The notes beneath the pieces were generated by a model. It made no database searches. It was not told the origin of the DNA and saw only the letters and a list, made by a program, of their open reading frames with translations. 64,000 nt of DNA from Candidatus Woesearchaeota archaeon (GTDB lineage: Archaea > Nanobdellota > Nanobdellia > Woesearchaeales > DSVV01). The position numbers and the translations under genes were made by a program. The stretch lies in NCBI GenBank assembly GCA_043813525.1, contig JBDRKY010000046.1, forward strand, positions 13,053 through 77,052, given 5' to 3'. Of the stretch, positions 19,484-30,850 are shown in pieces (position 1 is the stretch's first letter; every line of letters starts with the position of its first letter).

Positions 19484-19576
19484 GATTTTTGTTAAAAAAA
19501 CGTAAATGTTTGGAGTTTAATATAAATCATTTCAAAAATAGAATTGCTTACAAGTAAAATATTATGAAACAATTAA

Positions 19577-20776
<1,200 letters not shown>

Positions 20777-20807
20777 ATCATTAAGAAATCCTATTTAATT
20801 TATATAG

Positions 20808-21317
20808 TTATCTAAGCATCAAACCTAATACCAATCCTAAAATAAGCCCTGCTAATATCCCCCATGTGATATAATGAATCTTATTTGTTATCTCTTTTGT
20901 CAGCTTCAAGCCATAAATATTCCTGACTTCATCTATATCATCAACCTCTGTTGTTTCTGATGTTTGCTCTTCTTCATTTTTAAGGTCTGTCAACAGATTT
21001 TCAAAGCTTTTGAAATCAGCTGGTTTTTGAACTATTGACTGCAGTTCTAAAATTCTGTTCTTGATTAGCTGTCCCATTTGTTCTTTATCATAACTATAAC
21101 TTAGTTCTTCTGCTAAATCCTTATCTTCAAGGACATCATTTATCCAGTTCGCAAAGTCATTCCTGTCAGGAGTTACATGATGCAAAAAAGTCTTAACATT
21201 CATATCTTTCAATTCATCCAACAGATGCTTAAGATTCTTTAATTCTCCACCAGACAATAGTTTGAAACTGACATCAGGATGAACATCACTAAGTATTTTT
21301 TTAGCTTTCTCAACCAT
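20808..21317 (-). CDS. DUF5752-like domain protein with C-terminal TM anchor
   Basis: F.L..G.ELKNL..L...HHVTPDRNDFANWI..V. Confidence 0.7.
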   Translation of the reverse strand: MVEKAKKILSDVHPDVSFKLLSGGELKNLKHLLDELKDMNVKTFLHHVTPDRNDFANWINDVLEDKDLAEELSYSYDKEQMGQLIKNRILELQSIVQKPADFKSFENLLTDLKNEEEQTSETTEVDDIDEVRNIYGLKLTKEITNKIHYITWGILAGLILGLVLGLMLR

Positions 21318-21402
21318 TTACTCTCTAAACCCCATTGGTATTCCCACTTTTTTTGTTGAAATTCTATCAGGAAACTAATTATTTAAGTTATAAAAATATT
21401 TA

Positions 21403-21915
21403 CTATTTTTTAAGTTCACTTGCAATATGCCTTAATATCAGCAGTTCATTGCTTGTCTTAGTATTATATTTTAATAGCTCATCTGCAAGCTCTTTCTCAC
21501 CTAAACAATGATTTATCCAGTTTGCAAAATCATTCTTGCTCTCATTAACATGATAAGTGAAAGTTTCATCTTTCATATTTCTCATAGCCATCACAAGCTC
21601 ATGAAGACTGCACAATTCAGTACCGTCAGATACATAAAACTTATGCTCATCTTTTACTTTCTGATGGAATTTATGACCTAACCTGTTATCTTTTGTACCC
21701 CCTCTAAAATCAAGCAATTTCAGAGCTTTAGGATTAAGCCTGCCAGCAAGCTTCATAATTTCACTGTTTTTTAGACTGCTGTCAAGCCTATAACCTTTTT
21801 TTGACTTAGATTTATCAGAACTTTTACTTTTTGCTGTTAATTTTAATGATTTTGCTTTAAAACTTACTTTAGGTTTCCCTTTTTTTGAATTAGACAATAC
21901 AAATGTCTCTCCCAT
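21403..21915 (-). CDS. DUF5752-like domain protein with basic N-terminus
   Basis: FYVSDG.ELCSL..YHVNESKNDFANWI; paralogous domain to the adjacent gene. Confidence 0.7.
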   Translation of the reverse strand: MGETFVLSNSKKGKPKVSFKAKSLKLTAKSKSSDKSKSKKGYRLDSSLKNSEIMKLAGRLNPKALKLLDFRGGTKDNRLGHKFHQKVKDEHKFYVSDGTELCSLHELVMAMRNMKDETFTYHVNESKNDFANWINHCLGEKELADELLKYNTKTSNELLILRHIASELKK

Positions 21916-21996
21916 TGATGTTCACCTCTCTTTTTTTGAATAATTATATAATATACATTTATTAATATAAGAAGTATATAAATCTTATTATTTTTA

Positions 21997-22225
21997 GAGT
22001 CTGGGTTTAGGTTCGGGCTTTTAGATATTAATATTATAAATCCCAAAAAAACCAAATCCCAAATCCCAAAAAAACCAAATCCCAAATCCCAAAAAAACCA
22101 AATCCCAACAAAAATAAATCCCAAAAACAAAAAGAATATAGAGCGTAGCTCCTTTTTGGAGTTTGGGATTTGGAGTTTGGGATTTAAATTAATATCCCCT
22201 ACAGCCCGAACTTATACCCATATTG
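21997..22225. mobile_element. MITE family 2, copy E, with AAATCCC/GGGATTT repeats
   Basis: Imperfect TIR TGGGTTTAGGTTCGGGCT/AGCCCGAACTTATACCCA. Flanking 8-bp repeat TATTTTTA (21989-21996, 22226-22233). Inverted homolog at 44269-44512. Confidence 0.82.
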
Positions 22226-22241
22226 TATTTTTATGTACTAT

Positions 22242-24644
22242 TTATCTTTCATAATACTTCTTTAGTATTTCATAGAACTCTTTGAAATTAGATATATCAT
22301 TTATTGTGAGCTCTGCAGTGCTGCTGCCTGTTGTGTTGAGAGTGATGTTTCCATTGCTGAACATCTTATTCAGCATGCCCTGTGAAAAATTGATATAATC
22401 AATCTTACTAAATACAATTGATTTTTGTTTCTTATAGACCATTCCATATCTCATATAAACCCTATATGGCTGAATGACATATCTCTTTACTTTTACATAC
22501 CATATTATCAATGGCAAAAATATGATGAATGGGAATATGATAATCACAGGAACAACTGAATTGATCATATCCTGCTTTGCTGTAAGGATTGGAGCTGGTG
22601 AATATTTATTGATGTTCTGTTCAATATCTCTAACTTTACTTGCAGAAGGTCTTGTATGGAATATCAGATCAATCAATTCATCTTTATTTTCAATATCATC
22701 AACATAATTGATATTAAAACCATTTGATATAATTCTCTTTTCTTTACCGCTTTGGATTACATGTTCTCCTGCAACATCAAACCTGATAGAGCCTCTGGAT
22801 GAAAATGGATATTTTGTCGTTGTGATATCTTTTATATTATCATAAGGCACATAATAAAACTCTTTGAAAAAGATTCCTCTTTGGAAATATACATATTCTT
22901 TGTGAAAAGTCATCTTTGATACTTCATAATAATAATATTTGTATATTGTTGATAAGATAAATAAAAATATTATACCTCCTGCAGATAATATCATCAATAT
23001 CATATATAATGGATTAAGGAATGCAGATATGATGAACAATGAAGGGATGATTATTATTAAAAACAATGTGAAAAAGAAATTTGCTTTCAGCATCTCACCA
23101 AAATTAAAATGGGAATCCATCTGATACAATATCTCGTTAGAATATGTTGAAAATTTATCTGTAACTCCATGAACCTTATCATTTTCTTTAATGCCAAGTT
23201 TTCCAAGGATATTCTTATACATATCTTTTATTTTCTTTATATTTGAGAAAGCTATATGTTCTGATGAGCCTATTGACCAGAAATTCACTGAACATGTATC
23301 AAACCATTTATCTATAAAATTCTCTTTGAATATGACAGCCATTATCTTATCATTAGTAAATTCTTTGTGCTTTGAATAGATGAAATTAAAATCTTCTGAC
23401 ATACTGTTCTTGTTTATCTTGTAAGTTGTAAAAGTAACTGTTATCAATGCAGTAACTAAAAGAATAAGCCATAATGGCAGCAGAATAAAGATTATTATGA
23501 AGAATGGTAAGGCCAGCAGTAATGGTATGAATGTCTTTCTGCTGTCCATCCTGAACTCTGCAGTAAAATCTGTATCTTTGCGAAGTTTTGCTCTATATTC
23601 TCCTGTTGTCTTTGCAGATGCTTTTTTTATAGTTTCAGCATGTAATTGATGTTCTTTTGCAACATGCCTTTTTCCTGTGCCTACTAAAGATTTAGTCTTT
23701 CCAATCAGCATATCAAGATTAGATTTTAATCTGTCTCCATTTCTCATATTCTTGAACTTGACTTCCTGTCCTGTACCTTGGCAGCTTATTTGTACATCAT
23801 ACAAACTGAATATTTTATCAACTAAAGTTTGAGTTGTTGTTGTATCTGACAGATTTTCCATTGGCATGATACTATAATTTTTAGTCAGAAATCCTTCTTT
23901 GTATGTTATTGTATCATTATAGATCCTATATCTTCTGTTTTTGAGGTCAAGGAAAGTGAATACAGGAAATGAGATAAGAAATATTATCACTGGAATACTA
24001 ATAACTAAAGCTATGATTATTGTATTAATATTTTTAATCTTATCTATCATATAAAAAAAGAACATGATAACAATAAATGCCGTGCTTATGAAATTTCGCA
24101 TAGCCTCAAAAAAAGCACCGATCAGACTAGGCTGTTCTTCCTGCACTAATTTTGATTTTGTCAGCTTAAATCCATTATGCTGCATTAATTTTTGGATGTA
24201 ATCATATGTTTTCCCATAAGAGCTGATAGATGACAGATAAACTTCAGCTGCGCTGCTTCCAGCAGACTGTATAGCAATATTTCCTGTGTTAAGTAGTTTG
24301 TTCTCGATAAAAGGCAGGACCATAGATACATTAGTAATATTTTTAACAATAAGCTCTGTTTCATTATCTGAAAATATACCACCTGATTTATGTATTATCT
24401 TGTTAGCTGTGAAAATATATCTCTCTTTATTGTATCTTACTGTGAGAGAATAATAAATGATTGCCTCAATCACCACGATAATTATAATGAAAAGTATGAG
24501 CCATACAAAAGTTCCTGTAAATATGCTTGCTATTATGCCCACTACACTAAAAAATAAGAATGTGATGATAAAGCTCTTGATGAAGCTATATGTAACAAAA
24601 GCAGTCCTATTTGGCTTTAGCTCATGTTGTGCTGGCTGCGGCAT
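22242..24644 (-). CDS. Membrane protein with repeated bacterial PH (bPH_2) domains
   Basis: Repeated TM-hairpin + Y.(I/F)....I....G.F....I....I..V...Q units. Confidence 0.78.
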   Translation of the reverse strand: MPQPAQHELKPNRTAFVTYSFIKSFIITFLFFSVVGIIASIFTGTFVWLILFIIIIVVIEAIIYYSLTVRYNKERYIFTANKIIHKSGGIFSDNETELIVKNITNVSMVLPFIENKLLNTGNIAIQSAGSSAAEVYLSSISSYGKTYDYIQKLMQHNGFKLTKSKLVQEEQPSLIGAFFEAMRNFISTAFIVIMFFFYMIDKIKNINTIIIALVISIPVIIFLISFPVFTFLDLKNRRYRIYNDTITYKEGFLTKNYSIMPMENLSDTTTTQTLVDKIFSLYDVQISCQGTGQEVKFKNMRNGDRLKSNLDMLIGKTKSLVGTGKRHVAKEHQLHAETIKKASAKTTGEYRAKLRKDTDFTAEFRMDSRKTFIPLLLALPFFIIIFILLPLWLILLVTALITVTFTTYKINKNSMSEDFNFIYSKHKEFTNDKIMAVIFKENFIDKWFDTCSVNFWSIGSSEHIAFSNIKKIKDMYKNILGKLGIKENDKVHGVTDKFSTYSNEILYQMDSHFNFGEMLKANFFFTLFLIIIIPSLFIISAFLNPLYMILMILSAGGIIFLFILSTIYKYYYYEVSKMTFHKEYVYFQRGIFFKEFYYVPYDNIKDITTTKYPFSSRGSIRFDVAGEHVIQSGKEKRIISNGFNINYVDDIENKDELIDLIFHTRPSASKVRDIEQNINKYSPAPILTAKQDMINSVVPVIIIFPFIIFLPLIIWYVKVKRYVIQPYRVYMRYGMVYKKQKSIVFSKIDYINFSQGMLNKMFSNGNITLNTTGSSTAELTINDISNFKEFYEILKKYYER

Positions 24645-24679
24645 AGTATTGTATAAAATATGATTAGGTTTATATATTT

Positions 24680-25861
24680 TTACTTAAGCTCAACCAGTGT
24701 TCTTATATTATCACTAAGATCAGCAAGATGAGAATCAACTTTTGGATTGCCTGTTGTAAGATAATTATATTCTCTTTTTAGTGTTTGGATAATCTCGTTG
24801 TTTGGCTTGTAATTGCTTCTTTTGCCTGTTGATGCTTGATGCACATACCATATCGGTTCAAATCCGCACCATGTTCCTGAGAATGCAGCAGCATCTGCAT
24901 TTAAGAAATCATAAAGAGATATTTCTCCTTCTCTTACATTAATGCCCATCTCCCTTGCAATTTCAATAACAAGAGCTCTTTTTGTTCCTGGCAGGATTGA
25001 CATATCTAATGAAGGTGTCCACAGCTGATTATCAAACACAGCAAACGCATTTTCACCCCCGCCTTCTAAAACATATCCGTTTGGGTCCAAAAGAAGAGCT
25101 TCGTCATAACCTAATGCTAATGCTGTGTTTTTAGCAACTCCACCTAATCCATAATTAGCTCCGCTTTTTATTTTTCTCATAACAGTTTGAATACCATTTT
25201 GGTAATTTTGTCCAGGAGGGAGCAATAGTGTTTCAAATACCAGCACTCTTGCACCTTGTTCAGGAGCTGAGCTTAAATATGATGGAACATTCTGCGCCAT
25301 GATCTCAAGAACAGCCTGATGCCCTATTGATGCAACTCCTAACCCAGAAACAAAAACAGGTCCATCATCTCCATCTACAATTTTCTCATCTCTATATACA
25401 TTTGGCCTGACATAAACTAATTCTCTTGGGTTGATATAACTCGTTTCCGCAGATATTGGGTTTATATTCTCTCTGATTGTCTGAAAAATTGCTTCCTTAA
25501 CTTCATCATGAGTAATGTTTAGATAAACCTGTGCTTCTTCTGGTATTGGTCTTGTTAGATCCCTATCTGGAAATGATCTTTCTAACATTTCTTCAATGCC
25601 TGTTAAATGTATTGGCTTAGTAATCATTAATGCTTCCATTGTTTTAAATAATCTATTAACATGTTTATCCAAAAAAAGAATGTACAGATTACCATCAACA
25701 CCTGGCACTCCAAGTATACCTTCAAAACCAGAAGTAGCATAATGCATCACATGCTTTGCAGGTGTATTTGTTATTTTTGAATATTCTCTTGCATTAATCA
25801 ATCCTTTTCTGCCTAATGTATCAAACCTGAATAATTTTGATTGTAATATATCTTTTGCCAT
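24680..25861 (-). CDS. ilvE: Branched-chain amino acid aminotransferase (class IV PLP)
   Basis: HYATSGFEG, HVNRL, YVRP, KSGANY, GYDEALLLD, EGGGEN, ILPGTKR. Confidence 0.88.
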   Translation of the reverse strand: MAKDILQSKLFRFDTLGRKGLINAREYSKITNTPAKHVMHYATSGFEGILGVPGVDGNLYILFLDKHVNRLFKTMEALMITKPIHLTGIEEMLERSFPDRDLTRPIPEEAQVYLNITHDEVKEAIFQTIRENINPISAETSYINPRELVYVRPNVYRDEKIVDGDDGPVFVSGLGVASIGHQAVLEIMAQNVPSYLSSAPEQGARVLVFETLLLPPGQNYQNGIQTVMRKIKSGANYGLGGVAKNTALALGYDEALLLDPNGYVLEGGGENAFAVFDNQLWTPSLDMSILPGTKRALVIEIAREMGINVREGEISLYDFLNADAAAFSGTWCGFEPIWYVHQASTGKRSNYKPNNEIIQTLKREYNYLTTGNPKVDSHLADLSDNIRTLVELK

Positions 25862-26038
25862 GTTTACACCTCATTAGTCATTAATTTCTTGTTTTATTAG
25901 TTTGGATTATATAACCTGTTTGATAATATTTCAGCTTATTTATTGTTGGATTTATGTTTGCTTAAAAAAGTTTATGGAATATGATTTTTTACTTTAAAAT
26001 AGAATAAATATAAAAATAAGGTATTTTTTCTAGTAATC

Positions 26039-26493
26039 ATGACTAAAAAAACAAGGAAAGGAGCAGTAGCAATAAGAAAGAGAAGGAAACAGAGAGCAGA
26101 TGCACACTCCAGAGAAAAGTTAGGAGTTCTTCATCAAAATATGTTTCTTTATTAAGTGTTTCATCTTTACCGAGCTCATCTTTATCACAAAGTGCAGGCA
26201 TATATGGTTTATCTGCATATAAATCAGCAGGAGATATATCACAAGCGCATGATTCGTTTACGTTTAGGTCAGAAGGATATTGTGCTCATGATCAAAAGAA
26301 AAAACCAAATGACCTGTATGATTTTGGTTCTATGATGCTTATTGTATTAGGATTTTATGTAGCTCTTGGAGTTGGTGCATGGTATTATATACCAAATTTA
26401 GTTCCAATAAAATTACCTGAAATCACTTCACCTGCACCAGCTAATCTGGAATCATTGCATCAAAATATGGAAGTGATTACAACAAAGCTTTAG
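26039..26493 (+). pseudogene. Frameshifted hypothetical membrane protein gene
   Basis: ATG at 26039 is out of frame with a long open frame ending TAG 26493. One added base in the A7 run (26045-26051) gives a 151-aa protein with a TM segment. Confidence 0.5.
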
Positions 26494-26498
26494 GTGAG

Positions 26499-26964
26499 AT
26501 GATGAAAAGACAAGCTGAATCTTATCGAAGAATGTTTAGATCTTTTCCAGAACCTACTTGGTCTTCAGATCTTGAAAATGATATTGATGAACTGTTCAGG
26601 TCTGCTGATAATCCACAAAGAATGAACAGAAGAGTTTTAGAAACTTCATCTTTATGATTTAGTTCCTGATACTGTATCTGTACTTTTTAAAATTGGTTGT
26701 TTTGAATAAGCATATAAATTAGCAAAATTATATGATTATGAAGTGCCAGATGCATTATATACTGTCGCGGAAAATACTCTGATTGAAAAACTTTATGGAA
26801 TTGTACCTAAAACTGAGGTTGAACCAAATGTTTTGTCAATTCTTCTTAATATATCCTGTGTTAGGCATTATGCAAAACATTGGATGCATGTTGAACATAT
26901 TCCTGAAAGTGATGTTCCTGAAGGATATAATGGTAAATTTGTTTTAGTGAGTTATAATATTTAA
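26499..26964 (+). pseudogene. Degraded hypothetical gene
   Basis: ATG 26499 (preceded by AGGTGAG), apparent frameshift near 26640 and in-frame TAA 26707-26709 before ORF 26743-26964. Confidence 0.45.
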
Positions 26965-26997
26965 CAGGTATTCTTTTTGTAAATTTTATTTATTATA

Positions 26998-28350
26998 TTA
27001 TTGATTCTCATTCTCAACTTTTATCCTATATCTTAAATCATTAATAATATTCATAAATGCGATAAAGCAGTCATAAGGGCTTTCATAGGGGTTGAAATAT
27101 TTGTGGACGTCTCCGTCAGAAAACCATTTTGTGCACATATAATAAAAATGATCACTTGTTTGCAATCTTCTCCAGTCATTGATTAGTTTTTCTGCTGCTT
27201 TTTTTTTGCTGTTATCTTTATCACTGATATTGTTTGATATTCTTATCATATCTGGCTCCATATCATGCAGATTATTGAATGCTGCTTCCTGCATATGATT
27301 GCCAAGCCATGCTGATAAATCACGTTCAACATCTGCCCATGAAACAAAATTATGCATGTCTATCTCTCCCTTTGATTTATATTTTCTGATAGCTTCTGAT
27401 GGTGTTACAAAATCATTGCTTTGGTGTTTAGATTCTACAAGATGATTTTGAGGTTTAGAATGCTGGTCAGAATCTCCTTGATTTTTGGAGCTGTTAAGCA
27501 GTTCTTCAGGCAGTTTTTCCATGAATTTGAATATTCCTGTATCTTCCCATTGATGCTCTCCAAATGTCTCATAATCCATAAATAAATTTAATACTTCACC
27601 ATTGCCATGGATCTTGTTTATCCAACCAGCAAACTTTTCAGCTGTTAAAGGCCATTCATCCCATCCTTTGTTTGAAAACCTGAATGCAATATCATCACTA
27701 AGCTTATAATTCTTCAGAAGAAGCTTTATTTTCTTATGCTGTGGCTTTTCAGAAGTTGTTTTTGCATTGTAAACAAAATTAGGGCTTCTCCAATCAAGAA
27801 TATGATCTGCACCCTCTGTAATGATTCCTTTGAAACCTTTTTCTTCCATAAAACTAGCTAATTCATTATTAAAAATAAGTTCAGTATTCCTAAAAACTTT
27901 TGATCTTGCATTCTCTGCGCCAAACAATTCTTTAATCTTTCTTTTGTGCAAATTTACCTGATGCATGAATTCTTTTTTTGATTTTAGAAATGAAAGCGAA
28001 TGATGGAATGTCTCATTCAGAAATTCAATATTTCCTGTATCTGCCAGATGCTGGAAAGATTCAATAACTTTAGGGGTGTATTCTTCAAACTGCTCTAATG
28101 CTGTTCCGGATATTGAATATGATATCTTGAATTGTTTGTTGTTATTGATGTGTTTTTCTTTACTGAACCTATCAATTAATCTGAGCATTAATTTGTTTGC
28201 AGGGATATAACATTTTCCAGCAACTTTCTCACAGATCTCTTTATTCTTTTTGTGATCAAAATAATCATGATTTTTACCAATATCAAATACTTTATAGTTT
28301 TTTAATCTATAAGGTTGGTGAACTTGGAAATAAAAGCATGTGGATACCAT
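26998..28350 (-). CDS. Glycoside hydrolase family 57 (alpha-amylase type)
   Basis: YFQVHQP, ETFHHSL, FRNTEL, LSDDIAFRF, MDYETFGEH, SWADVERD, LQTSDHFYYM. Confidence 0.93.
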   Translation of the reverse strand: MVSTCFYFQVHQPYRLKNYKVFDIGKNHDYFDHKKNKEICEKVAGKCYIPANKLMLRLIDRFSKEKHINNNKQFKISYSISGTALEQFEEYTPKVIESFQHLADTGNIEFLNETFHHSLSFLKSKKEFMHQVNLHKRKIKELFGAENARSKVFRNTELIFNNELASFMEEKGFKGIITEGADHILDWRSPNFVYNAKTTSEKPQHKKIKLLLKNYKLSDDIAFRFSNKGWDEWPLTAEKFAGWINKIHGNGEVLNLFMDYETFGEHQWEDTGIFKFMEKLPEELLNSSKNQGDSDQHSKPQNHLVESKHQSNDFVTPSEAIRKYKSKGEIDMHNFVSWADVERDLSAWLGNHMQEAAFNNLHDMEPDMIRISNNISDKDNSKKKAAEKLINDWRRLQTSDHFYYMCTKWFSDGDVHKYFNPYESPYDCFIAFMNIINDLRYRIKVENENQ

Positions 28351-28450
28351 TTTATTTAATTGGTTAGGGCAGATGAATTAATTGCCATTTGCACTTTAAT
28401 GCTGTACAGCTTTAAAGTTTTAAAGGCAAATAAAACCTGTAGTTTAACCA

Positions 28451-29722
28451 CTAAGCCCCAGCCCCTAAACCCTTTTTTAAAACATTATTATATACATCAA
28501 TACATTTTTTTGCAGGATTGTTCCAGTCAAATTTCATCACTTCTTTTGCACCATTCTCTTGCAGGCATTTATGTGCTTCCTGATAATTTAAAACACCGAT
28601 TATTTTATTTGCCATATCATCAATATCCCAAAAATCAACCTTTAACGCATGATCTAATATTTCACTGACACCAGATTGTTTTGATATCAACACTGGTGTA
28701 TTGTTTCTCATTGCTTCTAATGGTGTTATTCCAAAAGGCTCTGATATAGATGGCATCACATAAAGATCAGCCATAGAATATGCTCTGTCAATATCTTTTC
28801 CTCTCAAAAAACCAGTGAACAAAACTTTGTCTGCAATTCCCATCCTTGCAGCTTCTTCAATCATATAACCTTCCATATCTCCATTCCCAGCAACAACAAA
28901 TTTAACATTGTTTTTGTATCCTATATTTTTATATTCTAAAACTCTTTTTGCAGCTTTCAGAAACCAATCTGGACCTTTTTGTATAGTAATTCTTCCTAAG
29001 AAAAGAACAACATGATCTCCATCTTTTATCTTCTCAGCTGACTTATCGAATTTGTTGCCATTAAATTCAACTGCATTGTGCACAACTGTAATCTTTTCTG
29101 CTGGTATACCATAGTGTTCAACAATCTTGTTTTTTGTGAACTTAGAGACAGACATTATGTGATCTGCTGTATGCATGCCTTTTCTTTCGATATCATAGAT
29201 ATATTGGTTTGGATTGCCGCCTGTCCTGTCAAACTCAGTAGCATGGACATGAATAACAAAAGGTTTTCCTGAGGTCTGTTTTGCTTCAATGCCTGCCTGA
29301 TAAGTCATCCAGTCATGGCAATGAATTATGTCATGCTCTTCTTCATCTGCAATGACAGCTGCCTGTTTGGCATATCTATGGACTTCTTCGTAAAGGTTTT
29401 TACTGTAGATTGCATCTTTTGAACTTTTGTTGGCACGATAATGCTCTTGGTAGCTTTCATATCGTTCATTATATTTCTCAGAATCAATATATGGTATAAG
29501 CAAAGAATCAACTTTTTTAATTATTATATTCTTAATATTAGTGATGCGGTCTGCAACAATTAGTTTGACATGTGTTTTTTCTGGTTCTGTTTTTGCTTTT
29601 GGCATAACAAAAGTTACATCTATATTTTGATTAGAAAGACCTTTCGTAAGTCCGTGACAGGCTGTACCTAAACCTCCAGAACTATATGGCGGGAATTCCC
29701 AGCCAAACATAAGTACTTTCAT
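28451..29722 (-). CDS. GT4 glycosyltransferase (glycogen synthase-like)
   Basis: GWEFPP..SGGLG, HCHDW, HATEFDR, SEPFGITPLEAM. Confidence 0.92.
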   Translation of the reverse strand: MKVLMFGWEFPPYSSGGLGTACHGLTKGLSNQNIDVTFVMPKAKTEPEKTHVKLIVADRITNIKNIIIKKVDSLLIPYIDSEKYNERYESYQEHYRANKSSKDAIYSKNLYEEVHRYAKQAAVIADEEEHDIIHCHDWMTYQAGIEAKQTSGKPFVIHVHATEFDRTGGNPNQYIYDIERKGMHTADHIMSVSKFTKNKIVEHYGIPAEKITVVHNAVEFNGNKFDKSAEKIKDGDHVVLFLGRITIQKGPDWFLKAAKRVLEYKNIGYKNNVKFVVAGNGDMEGYMIEEAARMGIADKVLFTGFLRGKDIDRAYSMADLYVMPSISEPFGITPLEAMRNNTPVLISKQSGVSEILDHALKVDFWDIDDMANKIIGVLNYQEAHKCLQENGAKEVMKFDWNNPAKKCIDVYNNVLKKGLGAGA

Positions 29723-29981
29723 CTCTTTTTATACCTCTTTTTTAAATTTTAATTATTAGTATAACTATTAATACAGTATTTTCACTACTGGTGCTTTATA
29801 TATATTGTTATATTTATTAAAAATAAATGAAAACGACCAGATATATCTGTAAAAGGTAAGATATATATATGAGTTAATATAGATTATGACATATTCGTGT
29901 CATTAATGTGTGGGTGTTAATTGGCATTTGTTACATATTTATGTATTTAATACTATTTTTTTAGACTAAAAAGAGGATAAA

Positions 29982-30563
29982 GTGGGAACACGAGAATTAG
30001 ATGAGCAGGAAAAACTTATTGTAAGAGAATTAATCAAAGATCCAAGGATTAGTGATAATCAGATTTCTCAAAAGACAAATATCCCTTTGAAGAGTGTAAA
30101 CAGGAAAAGGAAAAAGATGGAATTTGAAGGCCTATTAAGTTATTATGCGCATCTGGATAATACTGAAAAAGGAACAGGCAGGTTTGGCGGAAGGCATCTT
30201 TATACAATCAAATTGAATCATGGCATCTCAAGAAAAAGTTTCTTGGATTTCCTAAAAAATAATTCTGCAAGAAATAATCATAAACTAAGGCATGTGCACT
30301 CTACTTTTTTGGGAACATCAGGTGGTAATTTAGTCCTTGTAAAACTGATTGAATCAAGGTTAAGCTCTGATATCATTGAGATTTTTAATTGCGATTTAGT
30401 TCCGGAAATAAAACAGCATTTTGGTGAAGATGCAATTGTAAGCGCAGATGTCATACAGATTGATGAAATATTCAGGATGTTCCATAATTATATGCCTGGA
30501 ATCAATATGACAGATGGCAAAATCTCAGAACACTGGAATGATGATATGGTTTTTGTTGATTAG
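29982..30563 (+). CDS. Lrp/AsnC-type wHTH transcriptional regulator
   Basis: LDEQEKLIVRELIKDPRISDNQIS..TNIP.KSVNRKRK; divergent from the glycogen-type genes. Confidence 0.75.
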   Translation: MGTRELDEQEKLIVRELIKDPRISDNQISQKTNIPLKSVNRKRKKMEFEGLLSYYAHLDNTEKGTGRFGGRHLYTIKLNHGISRKSFLDFLKNNSARNNHKLRHVHSTFLGTSGGNLVLVKLIESRLSSDIIEIFNCDLVPEIKQHFGEDAIVSADVIQIDEIFRMFHNYMPGINMTDGKISEHWNDDMVFVD

Positions 30564-30596
30564 ATAATTTATTCTGTGATATATATAATGATTTTA

Positions 30597-30781
30597 GAGT
30601 TATGGGTTTCTAAATTACTAGTGTTTTGTGCGAAATTTTGAATAAAGATATTTTAAATAGTAAAAGCTCTCAACTTTCATTGCATTATGTTTTCTGTTTT
30701 AAGGCGCTTTGATTACACAGATAGGAAGTTCATATTGCATTCTTCACATAATTACATTTATAAAATTGAAGGTTATAACCT
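30597..30781. mobile_element. Miniature element family G, copy with flanking duplication
   Basis: Flanked by ATGATTTTAG at 30588-30597 and 30782-30791. Degenerate GTTAT ends. Internal segments are reverse complements of 15348-15378 and 15408-15427. Confidence 0.65.
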
Positions 30782-30850
30782 ATGATTTTAGTAATAATTG
30801 ACTGTTATAATCGATACATTTAAATATAATCAAGTACTACATTATTAAAA

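Noticed and set aside
21864..22130. 88-aa ORF rich in F/G/W, and similar short ORFs over repeats (e.g. 44548-44766)
   Set aside because: The 88-aa ORF is a translation of the GGGATTT repeat arm of a MITE. The others overlap non-coding repeats and show no coding signals.
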